Below are positions 37,572-50,553 of a DNA stretch of 64,000 nt, one piece after another; the stretch's first letter is position 1; the number at the start of each line of letters is the position of its first letter. The stretch is from assembly GCA_001179505.1 (NCBI GenBank), contig CDMY01000113.1:62001-126000 (forward strand), read 5' to 3'. Below the pieces are notes generated by a model that did no database searches, was not told the DNA's origin, and was given only the letters and a program-made list of their open reading frames with translations. The DNA comes from Vitrella brassicaformis CCMP3155 (lineage: Eukaryota > Protista > Chromerida). Both the position numbers and the translations under genes were made by a program.

Positions 37572-40500
37572 GGATGGGTGAGGGAAGGCCTGAGCGGTTT
37601 TGTGTGTGGGGTTCTACCCTACTTTATAATAAAAGCACGAGTGCCCGGAGAGTGGTGCCCGACTGGTCTGTCTTCCTGGCTGTTTACAAGGGCAGGGCCT
37701 GTGTCAGTCAGGCGTCCGTGTTTGCGAGTGTTTGTGTGTCATGTCATTCGTTGGGGGGGGGCATGGCGGGTGCTGTGGGGCGTGGCGTATGTCCGCGCGT
37801 GGCGTGTTTTTGCACATATGGCCGGAGGGACACATTTGCAGCCTCCTTTGTGTGAGTCTTGCAGTGTGCAATGTAACGTGGTCGATGATTGGGGTGGCTG
37901 CCCGGCGTGGGTGGGGTGCATTTCATGGGTGGACGATCACGTACGTGTTAAGAGCGAAGGATCGAATCAAGAAGGTCCATCGAATCAGGCAGGCATGATT
38001 GCCAACATGATTGCAAACCATAGCCAACCAGCGGCCGGCCAGCCACAGCACTGAGTAGTGCAGTCCAGTGAGGACAACACACCTCCCCCCGTGCCGACTC
38101 AGTCGATGTGGGGACAGGACAGCCACCCCAGCTGCGCTCGGTTAAACACAGCTGAGGCATCTGTACCCTCGTCACCCAATCCAATCCGACGGCAGGGAAA
38201 AGGTCATCAATCAGACCAGACCGACTAGCCACCTTTCCCATATGTGCATCCATCCATCCATCCATCCGGTGGCGACGCCCTGCTCTGCCCATCCGACCGA
38301 CCGACAGGCATCGCATCCATCCTTCTCGCGGGCGGGACAGACAGACATGCAGTGCACGGCAACAAAACTTTGCTTGCGCGCATTGCATTGCATCGCAGCC
38401 AGTAGTGTTGAGTAATCAGTCGGCCATTCGCATCCACACACACACATACACATGCACCCCCGACACATCAATGCTCTCTGTCTCCCGTCTCACGCTCAAC
38501 AAATTCCTGGTCGCATGCAGGACATCGCCCACCCTGCGATGCTGATTAGGCTGATGCCCTGCTCTCTCTCTCTCCCTCTCTCTCTGGTGCTGATGCATGT
38601 GTGTGTGGGTGTGGGTGGGTTTGGATGGCTTGTGCGATGGGTGGATGCCATGCAGCGCCTCTCTCCCTGTCTGTCTGCTGCTGATGCTGGTGCATGCACC
38701 AAAAATACACACACTTTGCCGACCTGTCAGGCCAAAAAATGGCGTGACCAGCGACCGACACCGCTTGTAGGGGTGCCGCCATGCCCTCCCCTGACAGAAG
38801 CATGCAGCCAGCCAGCCCACCATAAGCAAGCAAAGCAAACAAGTCGAAAGGGATCAGATCCGGCTTGTTAGTAAAAACCATGGTCAATCAATCGGCCATG
38901 CGCGCAGCACACCAACACACTGCATCAGCATTCATTCACATCAGCGCGCCACGACGATCGACCATTTGTCCAAAAATGACCCACACGCCACCAATCAATC
39001 ACATGAGTGTCTTCTCTCTCGATCTGTCCGGCCATACGCACCGCAGTTCACCATTCGGCCATCCATCCATCCAGCCGTCCATCCAGTCGTCCAGGCAGCC
39101 GTCCATCAGGCAGCCTCATCCCGTCACGTCACGCCAGCATACCCAAAAATACCCACCCATAGGCAAATGAAAACGACAAAGAGAACCAACCGCTCACCCA
39201 ACCCACCATCGACAGCCAGCACCACAGACAGCGCACACACGAGAGAGTCATCCGTACGTATAAAAAGACGAAGGCCGGTCCATCATGGCGAGGGAGGGAG
39301 TAGCTGAAGGCTAGCTGGCCGGCTGGGGCAGACAGACAGGGTGGTGAGGGAAGGAGGAAATAGAAATAGAGGGAGGGAGGCACTATGTGGAGGTTAGGTT
39401 GTGTCTGTCACATCACATACATGAACACGACCACCCTGCCTGCCTCGCCGACTGACCACCGCACATGACATGCACCGACCGCACCGATGGTATCCGGACC
39501 ATTTCTGGGTAGAACCGTAGGTAGGTAGGTACTGCACCGCATTCCATTCCATAGCATTGCAGCCCCACCCCCGCCCTTTGCAGCCAGCTGGACTGACTTG
39601 ACCGTCGCAACCACAACCGCCGACCCACCCTCAAGGCATGCCCCATCATCCCACCCACCCCACCCCACCCACCCTTAAGTCAAGGCAAGGCAAGCCACAG
39701 GTCACTAGAAGACATGGAACATCTGCCTATCTACCTACACAACACACAACACATCGCAAACACAGCATGCACACTGTGACACTCACACATCAGTTAGGTA
39801 GGAGCTAGAAGCATTAGCCGGTCAGTCAGTCAGTATGAGATGCTTTCACGCATGGAGTGCACCTTTATGCATTCACCAGAGAGGGCGCCGTGTCCGTCAG
39901 CACAGCAGCTGGGGGAGGGAGGGAGACAGACAGAGATTGAGGAGCTCGCCCACTTGCCGACAGACACAGCAGAGAGGCACAGAGTGTGGCACACACACAC
40001 AGACAGACAACCAGACAGGCAGACAGACAGACACGCCGGAGCTTCAGGAGGAGAGGGGCGTAGGCATACAAGTACACAAAGAGATGGGCAAGGAAGTATT
40101 ACGCACATAAACTTGTGTAAAGAGTATATCGAATTGAATTCTCTCCCCCCGCAGTAGTCCCATTCGTGTGTCTTGTGTAGAAAGTGGAAGCACGGCAGAA
40201 CGTCCAAACGTCAAGACAGTTCGGAAGGCCAAAGCACCGCCCGGAAGACGTGAAGGCGCAGCCACTCGCCTCGTTCAGGGAATGGCCGGCCCACCCTCCG
40301 CCCGGATCACGCCAGTGGGTCGAGAAACATGCACCCAGACGGACAGACTTCTCTCGCTTGGCACCCTCATCTAAGATGGCAACACGACACGAGGCAAAAC
40401 GGTGAGACAGACAGACAGGCAGACAGGCAGACAGACAGGCAGGCAGGCAGGCAAGAAATAGACTCCTTAGGGCAGGTCATTAGTAATGATGGCATGTGTC

Positions 40501-41007
40501 TGGTAGGCAGACAGCTGGCCGCGTGTTGTGTATCGTGCATTGCATCGTCCCATGAGACAAACAAATAACAAAGGAAGGCTCTCGGCGAGCTCGCTCGCAC
40601 CCTGGGCAGGGCAGGTGCGCTCACGCAATCCAATCAATGGCACAGGCGACAATACAACGACGATCGGTACGATAGTACACGACGGACGGCACTCTCAACA
40701 CTAGGCAGTCAGAAGGAGAGAAAATGGGAAAGGTAGGTTCAAAGGCGAAAAGCGGCATAGCACTCAGATACCTTTCTGTCGATCGTTCGTCCACCGATGG
40801 AACAAAACATCCGGGCGGACGACGCGAGTGAGCAGGTCGAGTCGACGTGTTGTGGTGTGTGAGGAAGGAACGTGTGGGAGGGGAGGAGTGGGGAGCGGGG
40901 GACCTTCGTCCGTCGCCCCCCACACCCTGCTGCAGATGTGATGATGTGTGCAAGAGCATGTGTGTATCATATCGTATCGATGAGAGAGTCCGCAGGTAGG
41001 TAGAGGA

Positions 41008-41062
41008 GTTATCAAACGACAGCAGGGCAGCTCGGTTATCAAACGACAGCAGGGCAGCTCGG
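41008..41062. repeat. 27-bp tandem repeat x2
   Basis: gttatcaaacgacagcagggcagctcg appears twice in tandem. Confidence 0.9.
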
Positions 41063-42812
41063 CAAGTGCGGAAAAACACCTATCGCCAGAGACCCTCGCT
41101 CGCTCTCCCTCCCTCCCCCCCCCTCCTCACTCAGTCAGTCAGTCAGTCAGTCATACCGTCCACTCCACCTTTGCCATCTGCCGTGCCGTCTCGCCTCAGA
41201 GACCTCGGCCAAAAAATGCCCACCAGCCAGCCAGCCAGCCAGCAGTGCACCCCGACATACGCAGAACTACACTCACAGCAGCTGTTGTTGGGGTACTGTC
41301 TGTACTGACGATTAGAAAAGTTCCAGAGTTGGCGGCGGACATCCCTGAGGGCGCCGGTCCGTCCGGCTGTGTATGTACTTGCCGCGATGGGCTCAAAACG
41401 TGGCTAGGCTAGCTTGGCTGGGTAGGTAGGATGAAACAAATATATTACGTTAGTTTACTTACGGGGGGCATACACACCGCATACATATGTAGCACACAAC
41501 ACGTTGAATGACACAAGACAGTCAGTCAGTCAGTCGAGAGGGAGAGGGCCACACTCACTCATCAACGTAGATATCGATCGATCGATTTGTGCATGTCCGT
41601 GCAGTGCCTATGGACGTATTCATGCACGCGCACAACCACAACCGCACCCACAACCTACCCCTCCCCTCCCCACCCCATGATTAAATTCCAGGCAGCGCAA
41701 GGGCCGCCCCCGCCCCGCCCCGCCCCCATTTACCCATCCATCCGTCGCCCGATCGCCTAAGGGGGTATGTAGGCTCGGCACACCCCTCCCCCCTCCCCCC
41801 CTGCCTCCCTCCCTCCCTCCCTCCCTCCCGGCATCATCTATATTTAATTGGCACCAAACACACACACACATACACACACGCAGGCACATCCTTCTCCTCC
41901 AACAAAACTAACACACTTCCGCACACACACAGAGACAGATCAAGTGAGCCAGAAAGTAGGAAAGCCAGTTGAGTACGTGTACGCAGTAGATAATTCATTC
42001 GCAGCCAGCCGGTGTGTGACGTGTGTGGTAGGTAGGTGTCGTGGGTGTGATGGTAGGGTAGGTGACCTGCCTCCCTGCCTCTCCTGTCTGTCTGTTTGTC
42101 TGTCTGTCTGGTGCGTAAGTCCGCTTAACAAATGTACACAGCAGCAGGGCAGGCAGGGGTTAAGTTGAGGTATTGATATAAACTGACTAAAGCCGCCCGC
42201 CCCAATCCGCCCGAGGAAGCAATTGATTACTTACGTATGCAGCTAGGTAGGTATGTGTGTAGGTATGTAAGTAATGCAATCCAGATCAATCAACGACACC
42301 ACATCCGCCCACCCATTGATTACCAGCGTCCGCTGCGCAAGTCAGTCCCCCCCAGCCATTGAGCTACACACACACACACACACACACAGATGCATGGACG
42401 AACAAATTGTACGAAGCACAGGCAGACAGACTTGCAGGCAGGCCAGGCCGGAGGGGGCGGGCGGGGGCGGGGGCGGCGCACTGTGCTGTGCCGCATCGCA
42501 TCGTGTGTCGGTTCGGTGTGGCTACGGCACCCCTCAATCAAAACGCTGTTCATGTGCCACCCACCGTATCCATCAACGAGCCTGGATGGATGGATACATT
42601 TGCTCATGCATAGCTACGAGCGCCCTCGATGACGGACGGACTGAGCGATGGCCGAGGACCTCAAAGGCGAGCAGTTGGCCACCACAAACCTGCTGCCCGC
42701 CTCAGGTCGGCAGCGCACCGCTCAGTCGGTCATTCATCTGGGTCGTCGTAATATGACTGACTCAGTATGGTAAATACTAACTGCCAACGAGAGACACCAC
42801 GCCCTCCTCCTC

Positions 42813-42865
42813 GCTGAGCTGGACTGGGCTGAGCTGAGCTGAGCTGGCTGAGCTGAACTGGGCTG
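42813..42865. repeat. Degenerate GAGCT/GGGCT pentamer array
   Basis: gctgagctggactgggctgagctgagctgagctggctgagctgaactgggctg. Confidence 0.8.
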
Positions 42866-43811
42866 CGTGGCTCTCTTGAAAGCACGCCACAGTGTGTCAT
42901 GCATCCACGACCACTAGAACAGTCAGTCGATCAGTAAACACACACACACACACACACCCCTTCACAGCCGGGTCAGTCCGCGTACGCACATCCGCGCCAT
43001 GCACCCACGCCGCGCCAGTCGGCCACCCATTCATCCATGCCTGTGGGTCCGTGTGTACTTGCTGCGTAAGTGCGTGCGGACCGGGAGGCCCTTGTTGGCC
43101 TCCCGCCCTTCGCGTGCCGCCTTCACGCAGGCAGGCAGGCCCCCCAATGCAAAAAGGTCCGGGAGAAGGTGTGTAGTGCTGTGTTTAGGGTATGTGACAC
43201 TCGGCCGGCCATTTCGCTCGCTCCCTCGCCCATCCTTGCCCCCCTCCATCACTCAGTCGCAAGCAAGACAGAGAAGAGAATCCCACCCCACCCCACCCCA
43301 CAGCATGCACTAGCGCTAGGCACTCACTCAGAAAGCGATAGTCAAAACGGTCACACACACACACACAGATGAACACGCACCCATTCACCGTTCATTCAGT
43401 CATTCCTGTGTCCATTCATTGCATTCATTGATCCATTCATCGGCACACAGCAAACAGCACGCACCAACAGCCGCAACCGCAACCATATCAGCAGCACGAC
43501 CACCAGCAGTAGCATCACCTTCAGCGGCCTCCATCCATCCATCCATACATCCATCATCAGACAAAGAAACACAAAGGGAGCCAGACCGATCGAGTGCACG
43601 GCTGGCTGGCTGGCTAGCTGCATGTGTGTATGTGTGTATGTGTGTGTGAGACCGAAGTGCATCGCATCCGTCCACGCGCAAAATACCCGACATACCATAC
43701 CGCTCGACAAAGGGATGGACGGATGCATGTATCTATCGTATCATGACTCCTTGACTGACAGCTCGGAAAAATCGAAAGAACCGAACCGACCGACCCCCCC
43801 CCCCCCCCCCC

Positions 43812-44111
43812 NNNNNNNNNNNNNNNNNNNNNNNNNNNNNNNNNNNNNNNNNNNNNNNNNNNNNNNNNNNNNNNNNNNNNNNNNNNNNNNNNNNNNNNNN
43901 NNNNNNNNNNNNNNNNNNNNNNNNNNNNNNNNNNNNNNNNNNNNNNNNNNNNNNNNNNNNNNNNNNNNNNNNNNNNNNNNNNNNNNNNNNNNNNNNNNNN
44001 NNNNNNNNNNNNNNNNNNNNNNNNNNNNNNNNNNNNNNNNNNNNNNNNNNNNNNNNNNNNNNNNNNNNNNNNNNNNNNNNNNNNNNNNNNNNNNNNNNNN
44101 NNNNNNNNNNN
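43812..44111. other. Assembly gap (300 N) flanked by poly-C
   Basis: N run bordered by C homopolymers on both sides. Confidence 1.
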
Positions 44112-44855
44112 CCCCCCCCCCCCCCTGCCTGCACCGCACCGAGACAGCCACCAGCAGCCGTGTCCTACTCAGGCACACGGCAAGAGCCAGACAGGAAGGC
44201 AGGGAGGCGCATCGATGAGTGCACATATGTATGCAGCGTACGAGCGCGTGTGCGTACGAGCGCGTGTGCGGTCGATTGGTCGGCGACCGGACAAAACGAC
44301 ACGACAGGGATGGATGGGACGCACTCATGTCATGGATCGATCAAGCAAGACTTGACAAAGAAGCCACACCATACCCAACCCACCACAGCACTCTCACACG
44401 CACTTAGACTATCCCACGACTGACTGACTGGCTGACTGACTGACTGAATGAGTGACTGCAGGGGTGGATGGCCCCCACCCGATCCCATCCACACACCACA
44501 GCCCAAGCACCGACCCCCCCACACACCTGGCATCGTGTGTGGGTAGATCCATCCTTGAATGCCAAAAATATCATTCATTCGTTCGTTCGTCAACACACGC
44601 ATGCATACATCAATCAATCAGAGAAATTTGTTTTGATTCAGCCCCGTCCGTCCCCTCTCCCTCCCTCTTTCCTACCTGCCCTCTTATCATCCTTTCCCCG
44701 CCGTCTCTAAGAAAACACACATCCATTAGCCATCCGCCGTCAGACAGGCAGATAGATGAGTACGCGGACACACGTATGCACACCCCACTCAGTCAGGCGA
44801 TCCTCCCCCCCTCCCCTCTCCGCATCGCATCTATCGAGATCTCTGCCTCATTCAC

Positions 44856-47800
44856 TCAGGTGCAGAGATCCTGCAGCAGGTCCGACGGCAGCGGAGCCCC
44901 AAACTCATGCTCCTCATCGTCGCCCTGCTTCCCGCTCCCACCCTCATGCATAGCAGTACTGTCACCACCACTGCCACACTGCCCGGCAGCGGTACCACTG
45001 GCCTCCTCCCTGGCCTGTCCATTCGACCCGTCTGACGCTCCAGATCGCGGGACGCCCTCGACCGACCCCTGTGAGGCGCTCCCGTCGCTCGACACGTGCC
45101 GCCCTATGCCCGACTTGTCGTTCTCGGGCGAGGAGGGGAAGAGCGGCGATGCGGGGAAGAACGGCTCGAAGTAGAGGCCGTTGCCGCCGCCATACGGGGG
45201 AGGGGACATGGACTGCTGGCGAAATTGCGAGAGGGCCGACGAGTCTCGGTTGTTGTTGGGGGGCGACACGCCCTCGCTCTCGTCGCGGCGAGTGGCCAGC
45301 CCTGGTGAGTACCCTGAGAGGCTCAAGCCGCCTTCCGTCGAGCACGATGACAGCACAGCCGACGACTCCTTGCGCATGCCAATTAAGCCGGGCAGGACGT
45401 CCGTCTCGCTGCCCTGGCCGTTCGGCTGGCGAGTCGACTGCGGCTGGCGGTCACTGGTGTAGGGGTACGGCGTCATCTGCTCGTTGTCTCCCTCCCCGCT
45501 CCCCCCGCTGCCCCCATCAGCAGCAGCAGCCCGCTGGGCGACCGCCGATCGCGTCACTCCAGCGGACTCTGCGCTCGCCCCCTCCTCGGTCTTGTCCCCA
45601 CACGGCATCGGCACACGCACCTTGAAGCTGCCGTTGGCGAAGTCCGGGGCGCCGTGCAGTGACGATCCGGCCTGGTCGGCCATGGCGGCGCTGCTGGTGC
45701 TGCCTGCCGTGCTCGACATGAGGGCGTGGTCGTCTTTGGTGGCGCTCGTGGAGGACTTGGGCGGCCGTGTGGGCGGTGGGGGTCGCGATGGCGGCGCACG
45801 GACGGGGGGAGGGGGGGGTGGGGGCATGTCCGTGGTTGGAGTGCCTGAGGGCGACTTGCCTAGCGGGTACGGCACCCGCACCGAGTGGACCGAGTTGAGC
45901 GGTGACGAGCCCGTCGGGGATGCCGACTCGAAGTCACCCTCGTGGTTGGCGACGGGCACAGGCTGCGCAGGCAGAGACGATGAGGTGCTGGGAACTTGAA
46001 ACGAATGAGTGCTCACATCTGCAAGAAAGAGGACATAAAGGCAGTGTGAGGTGAGCCACTCACGCTTGTCAGCGCCTGTGGGTAAGCCTTCCTCACCTCC
46101 AGAGTGCTCGCGTTTGGGCGATGACGACGAGGCCAGCACGGGAGCCGTCACAGCGTCGATCTGCAGCATGTTTCTCCCCACCACCTTGCGGCCCGCCTTG
46201 TTGTCCTCCTCCCTCTTGCCGCCCCTGCTGGCGGCCACCAGTGCCTCGTCCTCCTCCTCATATGCCGGCGGTGCACGGTCGTTCTTGCTCGTCTCGACCG
46301 CGTCGAAATCGTAGGTAGGAGGGGCCTCTGACGGGTATGGGGGTCTTGAGGGGCGAGGGTAGCCGGGCAGGGGAGGGGGCGGCGCAGCGGCGGTCGCCTG
46401 GACGGTCGATGGGGGTGCCTGCATCGCCGGCGGCTCCTCCCGCTGGTTGGGCCGTGACGCCGGCCTCGCCGGCTGCGGCTGCTGGTACTGCTGCTGTGGC
46501 TGCTGGTACTGCTGCTGGTATTGCTGTGGTTGCTGCTGGTATTGCTGGTATTGCTGTGGCTGCTGATAGTGCTGCTGGTATTGCTGCTCGGGCTGCTGAT
46601 ACTGCTGCTGCTGCTGCTGCTGCTCGGGCTGCTGTGCGGCGCCGTGGGTGTTGTTCCACTCCGCAACCACGTGGGCACCGCCGAGTCGCGCGAGCAGCTC
46701 CTTGAGACCGGCAAAATCGACGTCGATGTCCACATCACGCACGTCAATGCCCACCAGGGCCAGCAGCTGCTGCACACGGGGGTCGATCGGCTGCCCGTCG
46801 CCATGTCTGCGGCGCTGGCCCGCGCCAGGACGTCTCGACGAAAAGCTCGCCTGATTAGTCTGCTGCTGCTGGTAGAACTGCTGCTGCTGGTGCTGGTTGA
46901 GCATGCCCGGGGGGATGCTGGTGTTGTTCTGGACACGCTCCTCGTAGTAGCGGCCATCGTTGTCGAGGACGATGCGGCGCGTGGTGTTGTCGCGCGACGT
47001 CACGTTGGGCATCGAGCGGGAGGCGTCCTTGGTGGGGAGGAGGGACGCCATCAACGCCTCACCGTACAGCCGCTGGTGGTCACTGGACCCCTGCGCGAGC
47101 TGGTAGAGGTTCTGCCCCTGAGCGAGTTGGGAGAGGGCCGGCGTGTCGAGAAGGCCGGGATGGAAGGGCACCGCGGGGTTGTGGGGCTGGGGGATGGACA
47201 GCTCGGCGGCCGAGAGGTTGCGGAGGCTGCCCAGCTGGCCCTTGGCGCCGCCCTTCTTGTGGCCGGCGGTCTTCTCCTTGAAGTACCTCTTGCGCTCGTC
47301 CAGTGCCTCGCGGATGACCTCCTCCAGTGGACGGCCCTCCTCACGCGCACGCTTCTCGAGCTCAGTGCGGCTGCAGATGCACAGATGCACAGACACACAC
47401 GTAGGCATCGGTCGAAGGGCGTTTGTTGGTCTTTCTGTGCTAGATCTCACCGGTACACACGAGGTCTAAGCTCCTCCACGCCGTGTGCGTGACGACACGC
47501 ATCGCCAGCCGTGCAGTTACCTGCGGACAGAGAGACATGCAGACGCAGATCGACTTGTGTCTCCTCTCCTTTGCGGCATGGTTGGTCCTAATTTATGAGT
47601 GCGTGCGTGCGTACCCTTGAGCCAGTATCGGCACATGTCCGTCTTGAAGTAGTCGAGGGTCGCCCGCAACTCGTGCTGCCCTGAACACATGAACACGCGA
47701 AAGATTAGATTGACGTACGTGGCAATAGGTTTATTATTCGTCGTGTCCTCACCGTGAGCGAATGAGCAGTTGGCGTCGCGGCACTCACCCTGGGCACACG

Positions 47801-48770
47801 GACACACACACCAGTTGGTGGCTGGGTGTTTGCCATCCTTGCTGATTGATGTCTGTGCGTCTCCTCGTACCTTTTGGAACCTGGTGCACAGTCTCGTCTT
47901 GTAGAGGGGGACTCCCACACGCAACTCCTGAGTGACACATGAACAGACGAACGGACAAATAAGGGATCGATCCTAGAGGCGTGTGTCTCTTGGGGTCCCT
48001 ACCGACGAGTCGTGTGCAAAGTTACACGCATTGCCTTTTCGGCAATAGCCCTTCTCCAGGAATGGGCACATCTGCAACGACGGATGACACGCACACAGCA
48101 CGATAAACACAGACATATCAGCGTCTTCGTTTCTCCCTCCCTCCCTCCCTCCCTCCCTTGACTCACTGACCTTGGTCCGGTAGAACTGGTCGGGCACCTC
48201 ATCAATCTGCGAGGGCGGCTTGACGATGCTCGCCTTGTCGACCGGACGAGGCTGCCCACTGCCGCTGCTGCCGCTCTCACTCCCACCCAGCAATCCACTC
48301 AGGTCACCCGTCGCAGCGCCCTTAAGCGTCCCCAGGGCGACCGTCACGTTGCCATGGGCATCGATGTGAGCAGTGGGGGTGGGAGCCGGGTGCGGCAGCA
48401 CCTGCTGCCTCTCCACCGCCTGCAGCAACGACGCCGCGGCCTTGTTGGGGACAAAGGCGATGGACGACGGGTTGGGAATGGGCTCTTGCTGGTGCTGCTG
48501 GTGGCCGGTGTATGCCGCCTGTTCCAGCGGGATGTAGTCGTGGTGCTGCTGCTGCTGCTGGTAGTGGGGCTGCTGGTATTGGTGCTGCTGGTGCTGCTGG
48601 AGGTGTGTTGGGGGGAAGGGGGAGGGGTGCTGGTCATGGAGCGAGAGGGAGGGGACTTGCTGGGACAGGTACTGGGACGTGAAGGACGGGGACATGGACC
48701 CACCCCCACCCCCGCCGCCGTAGGAGGGGCCACCCACGCGGCCACGCGTGTACGCAAACGAGTTGGTCAT
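44856..48770 (-). CDS. Triple CCCH zinc-finger RNA-binding protein (ZFP36/TIS11-like) with a long Q/P/S-rich tail
   Basis: YRTKMCPFLEKGYCRKGNACNFAH, YKTRLCTRFQKGECRDANCSFAH and FKTDMCRYWLKGNCTAGDACRHAH are reconstructed across introns. A large terminal ORF ends at 44856. Confidence 0.9.
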
Positions 48771-50553
48771 GGCCGCAGGTAGGTAGACAGAAAGACTAAC
48801 AAGACAGACAAGACAGCCAGACAGTCAACAAAGACGAGGAAGAGAAGGGGCGTTCGGTGCGGTGGGAAGCAGTCAGTCAGTCAGGAGTCAGTCAGGCGTC
48901 AGTCCGTCCGTCGGTGAGGCACGAGCAAAACAACTAGGCCCACCGGCCGACGACTGGCAGGGACAAATAAGAAGTAATCAATCCCACCTTACCCACCGAA
49001 CTAACCGACCGACAAATAGGCCGCCGACAGTCAGTACAAAGGCCCAAAAATAGCTTGCTGTGCTGCTGTGTTGCTGCTGCTCTGGTGGTACCTTGCTCCT
49101 TGCTCCTGCCTCCTCGCTATCTGTCTCTCTCGCTCGCTTATACCGAGTGGGTCGATTGAAAATCAATGCCGAGAGCGTCAAGACACCTCACAACCGGCAG
49201 GCACTTGTGCGTGCTGGTCGGTAAGCCCTCAGCCCGCTTGCTGACCTGTCTGCCAATGTAAGGCACCCAGCAAGCAAGCCACACGGACTAAATAAAACGA
49301 CGGGTGGGTGGACGGATCGAAGATCGGTGTGTGGATCGAATCAACAAACAAGCACCCAGCCCACAGTGTGTGCACCTCTCTCGCCTCCTGACTGAGCTTC
49401 AAAACGCTCTCAATCGATGGACCGACTGAGGGCGGGGCACTAAGCGCTCAGAGGGTGAGCCGATCTGTCTGTCTGTCTGTATACCGATGTCTGTGGAACG
49501 ATGGGATGGACGAAGGACACACACACGCTGTCGGCTCAAAGGCGGACACACACACACATGCCTCTGCTCTTCCCCTGGTGGGTACGTAGCGCTAGGTGAC
49601 GGACGGGAGGGATGACAAACGACTGCCTGACACTCACTGCGCCAGATAGGCCGCTTTGGGCAGACAGACAGACAGACAGACAGGACGAGAGTCGATCGGA
49701 AAGCAATCGCGGCGCCTGGCTGGCTGGCTGTGGTCACTGACTGACTTGAGGGGATGAAAAAAGTTCGGGCGCGAGGGGTGATGACAGACAGCACTATGAC
49801 ACAATAACGACGATAAGTGGCACTGAATGAACGATGAAACAGTCAGTCAAAAAAGAAGGATCTCAGCGACAGACAGACAGACGGTGTGTAGTGAGTAGTG
49901 AGTGAAAGGAACGGACACGCAGGTGTATGGGTGAGGTGACACTCAGGTACGAATTAGAGGGAGGGAGGCGGTGGCAAGGCAAGGCAGGCAGACAGTGTAG
50001 AGTCTCACTCTGCAGACTGGCAGAGCCCTCCTCACAGCCGCAGAGTCAGGGAGACACACCTCAGACGAAACGACACACACCAGAATCTGGAACACACCGC
50101 AACCATAACCAGACAGGCACAGCAAATATCACGCCCGTGTCACTGACCCTCCTCTGGTCGCTTCCTGGCTCACCGGCTAGTTGAGCAATGGCGGTTTTAA
50201 CGCAGCACAGAATCCAACTGGCTTCACCCCATGCTCCTTCATCATCTTATTCCTCCATAGCTTCCCCGTTTTGCTTCACAACTCCTGCGACCCTGCAGCC
50301 AGATCGCTTTTCGGCTCGCATCACCGTGCGGCTTTCCCCACAACATAGACGCCTCTTGCTGCCTGCAGGAGGATAGCAGTTGACGAAGAATCGCCAGCCG
50401 GTGAATGCTCGGCGGTCATCTAACCAGTTTTGTGCTTGCGCCGCAGCGGCAGTTTTAAGCGGAGTCTAGGGGCGTTTCCACGGTTTCTGACGATCTCTCC
50501 CCCTGGTGTGCGCGAGATCTGACCATTCCTCTCTTCTTCGACTTCCCCACACC

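Noticed and set aside
40085-40375. Minus-strand open stretch in the gene-poor region
   Set aside because: It has no ATG, motif or GC3 bias; probably a chance ORF
43622-44328. ORFs spanning the N run
   Set aside because: These are artefacts of translating the gap
46019-46063. 45-nt in-frame GT-AG segment inside the CCCH terminal ORF
   Set aside because: It is frame-neutral and short, so intron versus exon cannot be decided; no biological claim is supportable
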